Source of the DNA: a virus
Virus record (IMG/VR): IMGVR_UViG_3300032308_001297
Coordinates: 98,365 to 162,364 of that record
DNA: 64,000 bases
Strand: one strand, 5' to 3'
Under the pieces are notes generated by a model, which was given only the letters and a program-made list of their open reading frames with translations, was not told the DNA's origin and did not search any database. Made by a program: the position numbers and the translations under genes. Shown piece after piece: positions 30,265-39,229 of this stretch (positions within the stretch are counted from its first letter, which is position 1; each line of letters opens with the position of its first letter).

Positions 30265-32376
30265 ATGGAATCAGCAGAATTAAAACTGGTAACAAGAAAC
30301 ATTTCAAACGAATTTGGTGGTGTTGTTGGTAATATCAGAAAAACAGCCAATGACAACCAGAAAATGTTTAGTTCTATCCTCAAAGATCTTGGACGCCATT
30401 TTGACGCTCAAAGCGCTGGAATGGAAGCTGTATCTGATTCTGTAGAAAATTCTTCTAATAAAGTTGCATCAAAAATAGATGCCACAAACAATTTACTCCA
30501 AGATCAATTAAGTCTCTTTTCTAATCTTAACGCAGAAATGAGAAATTTAAATGGATCTGTGAGATCATTAAACAATAACATTACTAATAACAATCAATCT
30601 CTGTTGACTGGTATGCTTGGTGGACTGAAAGGTCTACAAAACGCAATTATAGCCACTGCAATGAGCGCTGCTCCTAGTATGCTAGGTCTAGCTGGAGGAA
30701 TTGGTGGTGGACTAATATCTGATTTAATGGGAGATGGAAAAGGCGGCGGGGTAGGTCAAAAAATCAGTAACCCTGTTATGGCGAAAGATATCTACTCTTA
30801 TTTGACGCAAAAAGGAGTAGACCACGAGCACGCTGTTGGTATCCTAGCAAATATCCAAAACGAGTCTCAATTTAATTCTGGTGCTATTGGCGATAACGGA
30901 ACTTCTGGAGGGTTGTTCCAACATCATAACGAACGATTTACTGCTATGAGAAAAGCTGCTGGACCAGACTGGCAGAAAAATTGGAAAGGTCAAGTTGATT
31001 ACGCTTTATCCGAAGGAGATATGCAATCATATTTGAAACGTCCAGTTCGTAGTGGTCAAGAAGCTGCTAGAGCATTTGTTTACGATTTCGAAAGACCAAA
31101 AGATAAAGAAGGCGAAGCAAACAAAAGAGCGGCAAACGTAGGCAATGTAGAAAAATTAGTTGCTGGTGGTGTTCAATCTCATTCGTCCACCCCATCAACC
31201 TCAACGCCATCTTCTGGTTCGACAACCACACCTGCTGCTACACCAGTTCAAAAACCAACTGCAACTGAAGTTGGACATGCTGGTGGGGAACATTCCGGCC
31301 ACGAACACGAAGGTATTATTACTGGAAAACACAATCAAGCAGAACAAATTTCCTCTGGTTCGGCCAAAGAATTTTTACAATCAAGAGGTGGATCTCAATC
31401 TGGCGCTGTTGGCGTTAATGCCGAAAAACTTGATAGTAATTTTGCCGAAAAAATGGCCAAAGCTATTCAAGCTGCCGAACAAGCAACAGGCTCAAGAGTT
31501 ACTATTACCGAAGGTTACAGAGATCCGCACGTTCAAGCACAATATTACTCTGATTATATTGGAAAACCTATTACATATGATGGTCAAACATATCAACCAA
31601 ACCCAGCAAAATTGGGTAGATTAGCTGCTCCTCCAGGTAGATCAAAACACGGAAAGGGTATGGCTGTTGATATTGGCGAAGGTCCAGCAAGAGAATGGTT
31701 AATTCAAAATGCTCCGAAATTTGGTATTGAGAGTCTTTTTGCTAAAATCGGTAAAGACAAACCTCACTTCCAAATGCCTGGAGAAGGAGAAGGAGAAGGT
31801 CAAACTTCTGGTGCTACTCCGTATAGCGAAGGCGCACAAGTTACTCCAGGCTCAGGTTCTGCAAGCGGCGATAGACTTTCGCAAATAAATCAAATCATGC
31901 AAAATCTTGGTGGTGGTGTTCCGGGAACAGAACAATCTAGCGGTGGAATTCCTGATTTAGGGATGGGTATACCAGCGCATGGTGGGTTAGGAATTGTTGG
32001 TATAAATGCACTTGTTAAAGGCATGGAATCAAATTTGATGCAACAAATGTCTGGTTCAGTTCCTGAAGCTCCACCTGCTCCTCCAGTAGCTTCTATGGTT
32101 CCAAATCCTACTACAGCAATGTCAACTCAATCTATTGAACAATCTCAAATTGAGTCAAATATAGACGATCATACTTATAAACAGAACCTTAAAGCGTTCA
32201 CAGAACAAACTAAGAAGCAAACAACTGAAATCGCTGCTAGCGAAGCATCAAGTGGTACACCAGTTAGTTACGATTATAATAACGCCAGCGATATCGGTTG
32301 GCCAGATTGGGCTGGAATGATCGGTGGTAATCACTGGGCTGAACTTAAAAAGATAAGATTAAATATGTGGGGATAA
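30265..32376 (+). CDS. Tape-measure-like protein with tail-lysozyme and M15 peptidase domains
   Basis: Helical N-terminus; GILANIQNESQFN..GLFQH..FERP; EGYRD..APPGRSKHGKGMAVDI..PHFQ. Confidence 0.7.
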   Translation: MESAELKLVTRNISNEFGGVVGNIRKTANDNQKMFSSILKDLGRHFDAQSAGMEAVSDSVENSSNKVASKIDATNNLLQDQLSLFSNLNAEMRNLNGSVRSLNNNITNNNQSLLTGMLGGLKGLQNAIIATAMSAAPSMLGLAGGIGGGLISDLMGDGKGGGVGQKISNPVMAKDIYSYLTQKGVDHEHAVGILANIQNESQFNSGAIGDNGTSGGLFQHHNERFTAMRKAAGPDWQKNWKGQVDYALSEGDMQSYLKRPVRSGQEAARAFVYDFERPKDKEGEANKRAANVGNVEKLVAGGVQSHSSTPSTSTPSSGSTTTPAATPVQKPTATEVGHAGGEHSGHEHEGIITGKHNQAEQISSGSAKEFLQSRGGSQSGAVGVNAEKLDSNFAEKMAKAIQAAEQATGSRVTITEGYRDPHVQAQYYSDYIGKPITYDGQTYQPNPAKLGRLAAPPGRSKHGKGMAVDIGEGPAREWLIQNAPKFGIESLFAKIGKDKPHFQMPGEGEGEGQTSGATPYSEGAQVTPGSGSASGDRLSQINQIMQNLGGGVPGTEQSSGGIPDLGMGIPAHGGLGIVGINALVKGMESNLMQQMSGSVPEAPPAPPVASMVPNPTTAMSTQSIEQSQIESNIDDHTYKQNLKAFTEQTKKQTTEIAASEASSGTPVSYDYNNASDIGWPDWAGMIGGNHWAELKKIRLNMWG

Positions 32377-32377
32377 T

Positions 32378-32403
32378 AAAAAAGGGAGCCGAAGCTCCCT
32401 TTC
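32378..32403. terminator. Bidirectional intrinsic terminator
   Basis: AAAAAAGGGAGC-CGAA-GCTCCCTTTT between convergent genes. Confidence 0.9.
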
Positions 32404-32405
32404 TT

Positions 32406-33296
32406 TTACTTTGCTAGATTCTTAAAGAATTCCAATGACTCGTCATCGTCTTCATCACCAGAATACTTTGGTGCATGCGAAGCCTTAAACGTTGGAGCAG
32501 AATCCTCTTCAATCTCAACTTCCTCTGCACGTGCACGCTTGGCAGGAGCAGAATCTTCAGCAAGAACCTTTGCTAAACGAGCAGCAAGTTCTTCATAAGT
32601 CTTGAAGTTAGATGGAGCAAGGAATTCCTGAAGAGAATGCTCTGACTTCCAGATCTTCTCTAATTCCTTATCATCAGAAGATAGTGGCTCTGGAGAACCA
32701 AACTCTGATTTATCATAGTTACGATAACCTTCAAGATTACGGATCTTTAGCTTGAATGGAGCACCAGCCCAAAGATCAAACGGATTCACAGCTTCCTCAT
32801 CGGCGAATTGTGGTTCCATTGCTTCCTTCAGCTTATCAAAGATCTTCTTACCATACTTGAATAGGAAAACCTTGCCTTCATTAGCAGGATTGCTTGGATC
32901 ACTAATGACCTGGATATTTGAAATAAAATGAAGACGACGCTTCTGCTTGCGAACGATATCCTTGTTCGCTTCGATACCAGAGTTCCACAGCTTAGAATTA
33001 TACTCTGAAACAGGATCCTGCTTACCTATAGTCGTTAGGGAATTTTCGATGTACCATCCACCTGGTCCTTGGAAGCCATGATCAAACATTCGAACGAATG
33101 GAACATCCTCATCTGGAGGGCTAGGAAGAAAACGAATAACGGCATAACCATTACCTGCTTTGTCTACTGTGGCTGTCCAGAAACGATCGTCAGCGCCGCC
33201 CTTGGATTCTCCACCATTTAACTTATTTAGTTCGCTTGTGAGGGTTTCGAGGGACTTCTTACCAGAAGCTGCTTTGAGGGACTTAAAATCTACCAT
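32406..33296 (-). CDS. gp32: Single-stranded DNA-binding protein gp32
   Basis: DKAGNGYAVIRFLP, GWYIENSLTT, YGKKIFDK, acidic C-terminus. Confidence 0.96.
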   Translation of the reverse strand: MVDFKSLKAASGKKSLETLTSELNKLNGGESKGGADDRFWTATVDKAGNGYAVIRFLPSPPDEDVPFVRMFDHGFQGPGGWYIENSLTTIGKQDPVSEYNSKLWNSGIEANKDIVRKQKRRLHFISNIQVISDPSNPANEGKVFLFKYGKKIFDKLKEAMEPQFADEEAVNPFDLWAGAPFKLKIRNLEGYRNYDKSEFGSPEPLSSDDKELEKIWKSEHSLQEFLAPSNFKTYEELAARLAKVLAEDSAPAKRARAEEVEIEEDSAPTFKASHAPKYSGDEDDDESLEFFKNLAK

Positions 33297-33354
33297 GTAT
33301 ATTCTCCGTATTACGATGTATGACAGTTATATGGGCAACGTATAACGCCCACAT

Positions 33355-33362
33355 TATTTATA
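33355..33362 (-). promoter_or_regulatory. Late promoter TATAAATA upstream of gp32
   Basis: Exact T4 late consensus. Confidence 0.65.
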
Positions 33363-33416
33363 TTACCGTAGAAACCTTTATTTGTCAAGTTCTTTTTTGT
33401 TTTTTAACCAGTAATG

Positions 33417-33440
33417 AAAATAGGGACCGAAGTCCCTATT
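33417..33440 (-). terminator. Intrinsic terminator with UUCG loop
   Basis: ATAGGGAC-TTCG-GTCCCTAT-TTT. Confidence 0.85.
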
Positions 33441-33442
33441 GT

Positions 33443-33610
33443 TTATTTGACAGAGATTGGTTTTTCTGTATCTTTGTGAATTACTTTATCTCCAAGGATC
33501 TTATAATTAGCGTGATCCATCCAAAGAACCCAAATTAACTGAGAAGCAATATCAGGCTTATTTGATTTGATAATTAATTCCATCGATTCAAGTAGTTCTT
33601 CCTTTGTCAT
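33443..33610 (-). CDS. Hypothetical protein (55 aa)
   Basis: AGGAG SD; MTKEELLESMELIIKSNKPD..; TATAAATA at 33671-33678. Confidence 0.6.
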   Translation of the reverse strand: MTKEELLESMELIIKSNKPDIASQLIWVLWMDHANYKILGDKVIHKDTEKPISVK

Positions 33611-33678
33611 CTTTTTTTCTCCTATAAGATGTTTTTAATATCCCACAAGAAAATCATAATATTGCGATATTATTTATA

Positions 33679-34245
33679 CTACTCATTATTAATAACATCA
33701 ATCATTATCTGCATCATTTTGTCTTTATCATATTTCACAAAAGGAGTATATTTTACCACTTTCATTCGAACTTCGTCCCAAATTGGGTCGTATTCTAATT
33801 TGGAGTCCCAGTTCTGTAATATACCATGACTATTAACAAAAATACAAAGAGTCTCTAAACTTATTTCTCCTGCCAAATATAACCTAAGAGCAGCTGGATG
33901 TTGACCCTCTAACTTTGGCTCATCGAATATTTTCCAAAATTCTCTTTTAAAATTATAAGTCAGAGACTGTTGACGTTTTTTCCAGGCGCTGAAAATTCTA
34001 TCTGCTTCTTCTGAATACGCTAGATCTCTTATCCAAAGTTTTGGGTTTTCAGAAAGATTGGCAACCAGAAAATCATGGTAATCAGGTCTTTTAGCAAGTT
34101 TCTCAAAAAATATTTTATCTTTTCTATTCTGAAAGGAAGACTGTTTTAATCCAGTCTTCCCGTTATACTTTATGTAATCGTATGTTGGTTTGGTGAAGTG
34201 ATTTTTGATAGCGACATAATCTTTATACGCTTCGAAGGCTGACAT
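33679..34245 (-). CDS. gp59: Helicase loader gp59
   Basis: YVAIKNHF..YDYIKYNGK..RKDKIFFEKL..ISLETL. Confidence 0.9.
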   Translation of the reverse strand: MSAFEAYKDYVAIKNHFTKPTYDYIKYNGKTGLKQSSFQNRKDKIFFEKLAKRPDYHDFLVANLSENPKLWIRDLAYSEEADRIFSAWKKRQQSLTYNFKREFWKIFDEPKLEGQHPAALRLYLAGEISLETLCIFVNSHGILQNWDSKLEYDPIWDEVRMKVVKYTPFVKYDKDKMMQIMIDVINNE

Positions 34246-34769
34246 TTTATTTCTGGCTCGCCGTCTCTTAAATAAGTTAAAAATTTAAAATAAAGTCCTT
34301 TTTCTCGACCATATGCCTCGATCTCCCAAGGCTGTTCCCAATAATCCATTTCTTCGTGGAGGTATCTCTCTCCTTGCCATTTAACCATTCTGGTTGGCTT
34401 CCAGATATCTTTCATCTCACCTTTGGCGTATTGTTTGAGATGAACCATTTCGTGAGCCAATGCTAATAAAGTCTCTTTTTTACTGATCGATCTGTCAATC
34501 CCAATAACGAATTCTCTTCTATGATGATTATCATCAGTCCAGTCACAATAAGCGTAATCGCCTTCGTATGACTCCATTTTTTCAAACTGGATAGTCAACT
34601 TTATATTATTGAAAAGTTTGCCCCCACCAATTAGATATTTTCCGTAAAAATTTGCCGCCTTTTTTGACATCTGTATAGATATATGCGAGGGTTTACCAAT
34701 TGTTTTAATGTGCATAGTAGCCTCCAACAATGGGTTAACTCTGTATTTATATTGGAAGTCTTGCTCCAC
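34170..34769 (-). CDS. HExxH metallopeptidase-like protein (true start probably MHIKT, ~34715)
   Basis: LAHEMVHLKQY..PWEIEAY. Confidence 0.7.
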   Translation of the reverse strand: MEQDFQYKYRVNPLLEATMHIKTIGKPSHISIQMSKKAANFYGKYLIGGGKLFNNIKLTIQFEKMESYEGDYAYCDWTDDNHHRREFVIGIDRSISKKETLLALAHEMVHLKQYAKGEMKDIWKPTRMVKWQGERYLHEEMDYWEQPWEIEAYGREKGLYFKFLTYLRDGEPEIKCQPSKRIKIMSLSKITSPNQHTIT

Positions 34770-34965
34770 GCTTAAGAATATTGAGATTTTCAGCTTCGGC
34801 TTGGATTTTAGATTTCATGGCCGGATCTTTTTTTATCCAATAGGCTGCAGTCTCTATTTCCAAGCCGTTTTTTTCACACCAAAAAACCACCGCATCTATA
34901 TACTCTATATTTTTATCTTTACAGAGTTTTTCAACTTCTTCTACGAAGCCTGAATTTTTGAGCAT
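34747..34965 (-). CDS. gp33: Late transcription coactivator gp33
   Basis: IEYIDAVVFWCEKNGLEIE..KIQAEAENLNIL. Confidence 0.88.
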   Translation of the reverse strand: MLKNSGFVEEVEKLCKDKNIEYIDAVVFWCEKNGLEIETAAYWIKKDPAMKSKIQAEAENLNILKRGARLPI

Positions 34966-35126
34966 TGTTTTTCATATTCCTTCAATTCTGTGATTCTACG
35001 AATAAGGTATTCTTCAACATGATTATCATTTAATCTTCGAGCTTCAAACCTGTTTAATTCTTGTTGTAACGACCACAATATAGTACTTGCATGAGAATAA
35101 GAATAATACTCTTTTGTTTTTTGCAT
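34941..35126 (-). CDS. Hypothetical protein
   Basis: ORF in operon. Confidence 0.5.
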   Translation of the reverse strand: MQKTKEYYSYSHASTILWSLQQELNRFEARRLNDNHVEEYLIRRITELKEYEKQCSKIQAS

Positions 35127-35130
35127 CTGA

Positions 35131-35535
35131 TTAATCCTTAATTGTGATTGTCGTAGGTTCGCCTTTCGTCATAGTGTAAAGAATAGAGGCATTATCTGGG
35201 TGCAAACGAACGCAACCATGAGAAGCAGGACGCCCCAGATTACCTGTATGAGGAGTAGCGTGGATAGCAAATCCACCAGAAAAGAAAATAGAGTGTGGCA
35301 TCGGCGCATTGTCATACTTCTTTGAATAGTGCATTAGATGATAAAAATAAGGATGGAAAGTTCCTGTTGGGGTGTAATAACCCTTTCTAGCAGTAGATAC
35401 TGGCCACTGCTCAATCAACTCTCCATCTTGGTAAACAGACATAGACTGATGACGTTTAGAAACAACAACATGATAATCTGCAAACGCTGAAGTTGAAATG
35501 AAAACTGCAGCGAGAACAATCAACAATCTTTTCAT
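35131..35535 (-). CDS. L,D-transpeptidase (YkuD family) with signal peptide
   Basis: MKRLLIVLAAVFISTSAFA signal; WPVSTAR..TPTG; AIHAT..LGRPASHGCVRL. Confidence 0.9.
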   Translation of the reverse strand: MKRLLIVLAAVFISTSAFADYHVVVSKRHQSMSVYQDGELIEQWPVSTARKGYYTPTGTFHPYFYHLMHYSKKYDNAPMPHSIFFSGGFAIHATPHTGNLGRPASHGCVRLHPDNASILYTMTKGEPTTITIKD

Positions 35536-35543
35536 AATATATC

Positions 35544-35654
35544 CTAGTGGTTGTGGTTCTGTTTCTTCCAGATCCAAGAAGTTAAGCGTAATAGATTTTG
35601 GTGAATTGCATTAACGAAAGAACTATTCCAGAACCAGTGATTGTGTCTTGACAT
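35544..35654 (-). CDS. Small hypothetical protein (36 aa)
   Basis: AAGGAG SD; MSRHNHWFWNSSFVNAIHQNLLRLTSWIWKKQNHNH. Confidence 0.5.
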   Translation of the reverse strand: MSRHNHWFWNSSFVNAIHQNLLRLTSWIWKKQNHNH

Positions 35655-35670
35655 TTAGTTCTCCTTAGAA

Positions 35671-35747
35671 TGGCGATCCCGGCACGATTCGAACGTGCGA
35701 CCTACTGATTAGAAGTCAGTTGCTCTATCCTGCTGAGCTACGGAACC
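35671..35747 (-). tRNA. tRNA-Arg(UCU)
   Basis: Cloverleaf; anticodon arm ACTGA-CT-TCT-AA-TCAGT; GTTCGAATC; encoded CCA. Confidence 0.95.
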
Positions 35748-35777
35748 ATTATCAGTATTATACTTCATTACGTATGA

Positions 35778-36025
35778 AAAGGCAAGTTGTTTCTGTTTCT
35801 AGGGACAACTTGCAAACCCCAATGGATCATGCTGCTAGAGCAAATGTTCCAAATGATGCATCGTTATCGTTGGCATCTAACGTTTGTCTTTGGTCTCCTT
35901 AAACCTTTACCACACCAGTCGATCCTATTTCTGGCCCCCAAAAAACACCGTAATGTGCTTTGGTGGACCAGTCGGGTACTGCCCCCGAGTCCTGAATGAT
36001 TATTTCGTTTCTCTCAACGACCTCG
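35778..36025 (-). ncRNA. ssrA: Circularly permuted (two-piece) tmRNA; tag ANDNDASFGTFALAA
   Basis: Acceptor piece ..GGGGGCAGTACCCGACTGGTCCACCA (3' end 35961) lies upstream of a coding piece starting GGGCCAGAAATAGGATCGAC (35937); G3:U70 pair; tag ORF at 35874..35827. The upstream boundary is approximate. Confidence 0.93.
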
Positions 36026-36206
36026 ACAATATATTTATCTTTTTCCAACTCAACTGTCCTTCAGTGGAATAACCAATATAGACTTCGCCTGTTTCCATAT
36101 CAGTAAGTTTCCACTTTTCAGGACATTTAGTTTTGACTGTTAAAATTTTAGATTGTTCTAATTCTAATACTTCTTCTCCAGAAAGTAAAGTTCTTTTTTT
36201 CATCAT
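36000..36206 (-). CDS. Hypothetical protein
   Basis: TKCPEKWKLTDMETGEVY motif common in phages. Confidence 0.65.
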   Translation of the reverse strand: MMKKRTLLSGEEVLELEQSKILTVKTKCPEKWKLTDMETGEVYIGYSTEGQLSWKKINILSRSLRETK

Positions 36207-36208
36207 TT

Positions 36209-36805
36209 CTAAACCATTGTGCTGAAATTAAACCATCCAGTTAATATATATTTTTCTTGAGTTGGAGAAGGAATACCTCTATGTGTGAATGTCCAATCAG
36301 TTGGCCAAATTATAGTTAAGCCCTTTTCTGGTTTTATTTTCAATTTCTGATAGAAGAACTCTGTTTCTCCAGCATCAGTAACATCATTAAGATATGTAGT
36401 AAATACTAAATGCCTGGAAACTTCAGGTTGTAAACCGTTTTTCCTTTCTGTATGCCACATAAAATATCCACCAGCCGGAGCATAATATTGCACGTTTGGG
36501 ATTTGATGGATATTCCATGGTCCAGTGTCTTCACAATATGTATATTTTTCTTTATATAGATCTAAACATTTTTTTAGTTCAATAAGATATCTGTTACATA
36601 AAACATCATCGCCAATAAAAGGACAATCTATGCTGTCTTTCTTAGATTGATCGACTATCAATTCGCCTTGTTTGGTGCTATTAAATCCGCCTTGATGTTT
36701 TTTATCCGAATTTTTAAAAAACTCGATAACATCATCGCAAATTTTTGTTTCAATATACCAACCGCCAATGAAATTATCAAGACTATTTACGAGATGTTGT
36801 TTCAT
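36209..36805 (-). CDS. 2OG-Fe(II) oxygenase
   Basis: WHTE..YLNDV..GETEF..HRG..KYILTGW. Confidence 0.88.
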   Translation of the reverse strand: MKQHLVNSLDNFIGGWYIETKICDDVIEFFKNSDKKHQGGFNSTKQGELIVDQSKKDSIDCPFIGDDVLCNRYLIELKKCLDLYKEKYTYCEDTGPWNIHQIPNVQYYAPAGGYFMWHTERKNGLQPEVSRHLVFTTYLNDVTDAGETEFFYQKLKIKPEKGLTIIWPTDWTFTHRGIPSPTQEKYILTGWFNFSTMV

Positions 36806-36877
36806 TGAACTTGATTCTCAAACTCTTCCATTTGCGGAGCGGCAACACCACGATGATCTACTGAGCCATTGTGTTTA

Positions 36878-36988
36878 TTAATTACACGGATTTCTCGTAT
36901 TGTCTCTGGCGATACATTCGGCGTATTTAATAGTACTACAACCAACAACGCTAAGACTAAGAAACACCAATAGCATTAATTTCTTCAT
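36878..36988 (-). CDS. Small lipoprotein (36 aa)
   Basis: MKKLMLLVFLSLSVVG-C lipobox; overlaps the upstream stop. Confidence 0.6.
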   Translation of the reverse strand: MKKLMLLVFLSLSVVGCSTIKYAECIARDNTRNPCN

Positions 36989-37284
36989 TTTAAGATCTCC
37001 GTTAATGTATCTAAATCGCCTACATATTGGCCGTTCTTATAAGCCATAGGACGATTTTCGTCTAAACCAGCATGACGAATAAATGCTAACATGATTGAAT
37101 ATGCAGCAAAAAATTTTGGTTCTATACCAGTTTTATTTTTTATCAACGTCATTATTTCGTCAGTTTCTTGGTTATAAACTGCGCCAATAACCGACCATCT
37201 ATCAGCCGTTTTATTCACCCTTTGAGTTCTCCAAATTTGGTTCATGATTTTCTGCCTGAACACCATCCATCGAGAACCACTCAT
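36985..37284 (-). CDS. Hypothetical protein (start likely further downstream)
   Basis: ORF in operon; glutaredoxin-like C-terminus NGQYVGD. Confidence 0.45.
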   Translation of the reverse strand: MSGSRWMVFRQKIMNQIWRTQRVNKTADRWSVIGAVYNQETDEIMTLIKNKTGIEPKFFAAYSIMLAFIRHAGLDENRPMAYKNGQYVGDLDTLTEILK

Positions 37285-37453
37285 CTGATCCTTGACGTTG
37301 ATACTGGATATCCTGCATAGGAACCATTACCATTTCTTTTGTCTGAGGATGAACCATCATCTTCTGAAATACTACAATTCGCATATCAACGATTGGTTCT
37401 TTTGTCTTTAATCCACCAGTAGAAACTGAATTACCATCTGCACCTAAAATCAT
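37211..37453 (-). CDS. Hypothetical protein
   Basis: Coupled ORF. Confidence 0.6.
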   Translation of the reverse strand: MILGADGNSVSTGGLKTKEPIVDMRIVVFQKMMVHPQTKEMVMVPMQDIQYQRQGSDEWFSMDGVQAENHEPNLENSKGE

Positions 37454-37815
37454 ACCTTTTGTCCTCTCACTTTATCAAGTAATTTAGAAAGAAATTCAAT
37501 AGCAGAATCGTTAAATGTAACATTATGAATAACGCTTGTTACGCAGTATTTTTCAGCTGTAAGAGCGTTACCATCTTTTGGTTTATTATATTCAACAGTA
37601 ACTGCACGACGATCATTAGAGATGAGAACTTCTTGAGTTTTACCTGTAGTGGTTTCTCCAGCGTACACTGTTGCAAGATGGTTATCATCAATATACTTCA
37701 TAAACTCTTTATTCGGATAGCACTTATATTCTGGCTTTGCTTCTTGTGCAATAGCAATAGATAATCCAAGCATTATACCAACAAGGATACCATATATGTA
37801 TAAACCTTTAGTCAT
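37450..37815 (-). CDS. Hypothetical exported protein
   Basis: N-terminal signal/TM segment; SD. Confidence 0.65.
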   Translation of the reverse strand: MTKGLYIYGILVGIMLGLSIAIAQEAKPEYKCYPNKEFMKYIDDNHLATVYAGETTTGKTQEVLISNDRRAVTVEYNKPKDGNALTAEKYCVTSVIHNVTFNDSAIEFLSKLLDKVRGQKV

Positions 37816-37823
37816 ATTTTCTC

Positions 37824-38057
37824 CTATTCTACATCAATCACAGCATTTACACTGAGGCATGTATGTTTCCATTTATTATTTTTATAATCAAAATGAAATA
37901 TATGAGGTAATTCAATTCCTCCAGCATCTCTACAAGTTTCGTCAGAAGATTTGTTTACCTTTAAATGGTCATACATAGGAATAAACAGACCTATTGACAA
38001 AAGTAATATTCCATTCAAAAATATTATCATTAATAATGGATCTATAGATCTCATCAC
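37824..38057 (-). CDS. Hypothetical membrane protein
   Basis: N-terminal TM segment. Confidence 0.5.
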   Translation of the reverse strand: MMRSIDPLLMIIFLNGILLLSIGLFIPMYDHLKVNKSSDETCRDAGGIELPHIFHFDYKNNKWKHTCLSVNAVIDVE

Positions 38058-39190
38058 ATTACCCTCAACAATATGGTGTTCTCGTTAATACGAGACTGTA
38101 GCGTCGCATTGTGTTTGAGTTCTTGATCAATCTTTCGCAGAATGATTTTTCCAGCAGATTGTACCTTTTTAACGATCTCTTCCGGTTTCCGACCAGTTCG
38201 CAGGGTAAAGGACGATGCTTCATCGAATTTAACGATCGAAGCCCCCTTAACATCAAGACCTCCTCGGTCAAGCGCCCGAAATACTGAGAGAGTCTTATAC
38301 TTAGTATTGAACGTCCAAAGTTCTTGCGCACCAATGATTTTCTCAGGGTTGAGTGACGCAATTTTGAACGTATTATCTTCTTTCTGATACTTGAACGATT
38401 TAAGTTTCTTCTCAACTGACTGGACTCTCGGTTTACGTGGGCTACGAGTTTTTTTCGTAACATTCGCATATTTTGACGCATCGTCACACATCGTGTTATA
38501 GAACTCGATGAGTTTCTTAATCTCATTCTTCTTAAACGATTTATAACCTTCTTTGAGTTGCGGATCTTCACCATCATACGCCTCAATCAACTCATCTAAT
38601 ACTGGTGCTAATTTTGCGATAATGGAAGAAGCATACGTTGCAGGAATATTGTTCGACTGCAGCCAAGTATATAAAGAAAATTCTTCGTTCTTATAGATAT
38701 AATCGTCAATCAACCCTTCAATCTCGCCTAAAATATCATGCGTCTTTTCACGCATTCTGTCTTGGATAGAAACTATCGGTTTACCGATTTCCGTATTTAC
38801 TAAGTCTGGCTTAGTCTTTTTAAACATATTTATAATTTTATTGTTAACAAATTCCATCGTATTCTCTGATGGTTTGTATCCACGAGAGATCATACGACAC
38901 AACCAAGCAGCTGTTAAAGGAATATCATTATCAGAAATGCTAGATAATTTCTTCACCAAATCTGGTTTACCAGTATTCTTAAAATAATCTTTAAGATATT
39001 CTCTAGCTTCTGAAACATTGGACATGTAATTATACCAATTAAGACATGTCGCTAAATGAACGCCATCAACAATAATTGGCTCGTCGCCAAGATGTTTACG
39101 ATTAACCAAATATTGTTCCGAACGAGTAGTTCTAACGACTTTTGGTTTACGTTTAACAAGTGCAGGGCGACGAGCCATATTATCCTCCAA
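38054..39190 (-). CDS. Conserved T4-like hypothetical protein
   Basis: LNWYNY..PEKIIGAQELWTFNTKYK..RINENTILL; own promoter. Confidence 0.8.
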   Translation of the reverse strand: MEDNMARRPALVKRKPKVVRTTRSEQYLVNRKHLGDEPIIVDGVHLATCLNWYNYMSNVSEAREYLKDYFKNTGKPDLVKKLSSISDNDIPLTAAWLCRMISRGYKPSENTMEFVNNKIINMFKKTKPDLVNTEIGKPIVSIQDRMREKTHDILGEIEGLIDDYIYKNEEFSLYTWLQSNNIPATYASSIIAKLAPVLDELIEAYDGEDPQLKEGYKSFKKNEIKKLIEFYNTMCDDASKYANVTKKTRSPRKPRVQSVEKKLKSFKYQKEDNTFKIASLNPEKIIGAQELWTFNTKYKTLSVFRALDRGGLDVKGASIVKFDEASSFTLRTGRKPEEIVKKVQSAGKIILRKIDQELKHNATLQSRINENTILLRVM

Positions 39191-39200
39191 GTTATATTGT

Positions 39201-39229
39201 ATTATAACTTAGTTTTTACAAAAAGTCAA
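39201..39229 (-). promoter_or_regulatory. sigma70-type early promoter
   Basis: TTGACT-17-TATAAT. Confidence 0.75.

Noticed and set aside
35720-36072. Three short plus-strand ORFs
   Set aside because: Antisense to the tRNA-Arg and tmRNA genes
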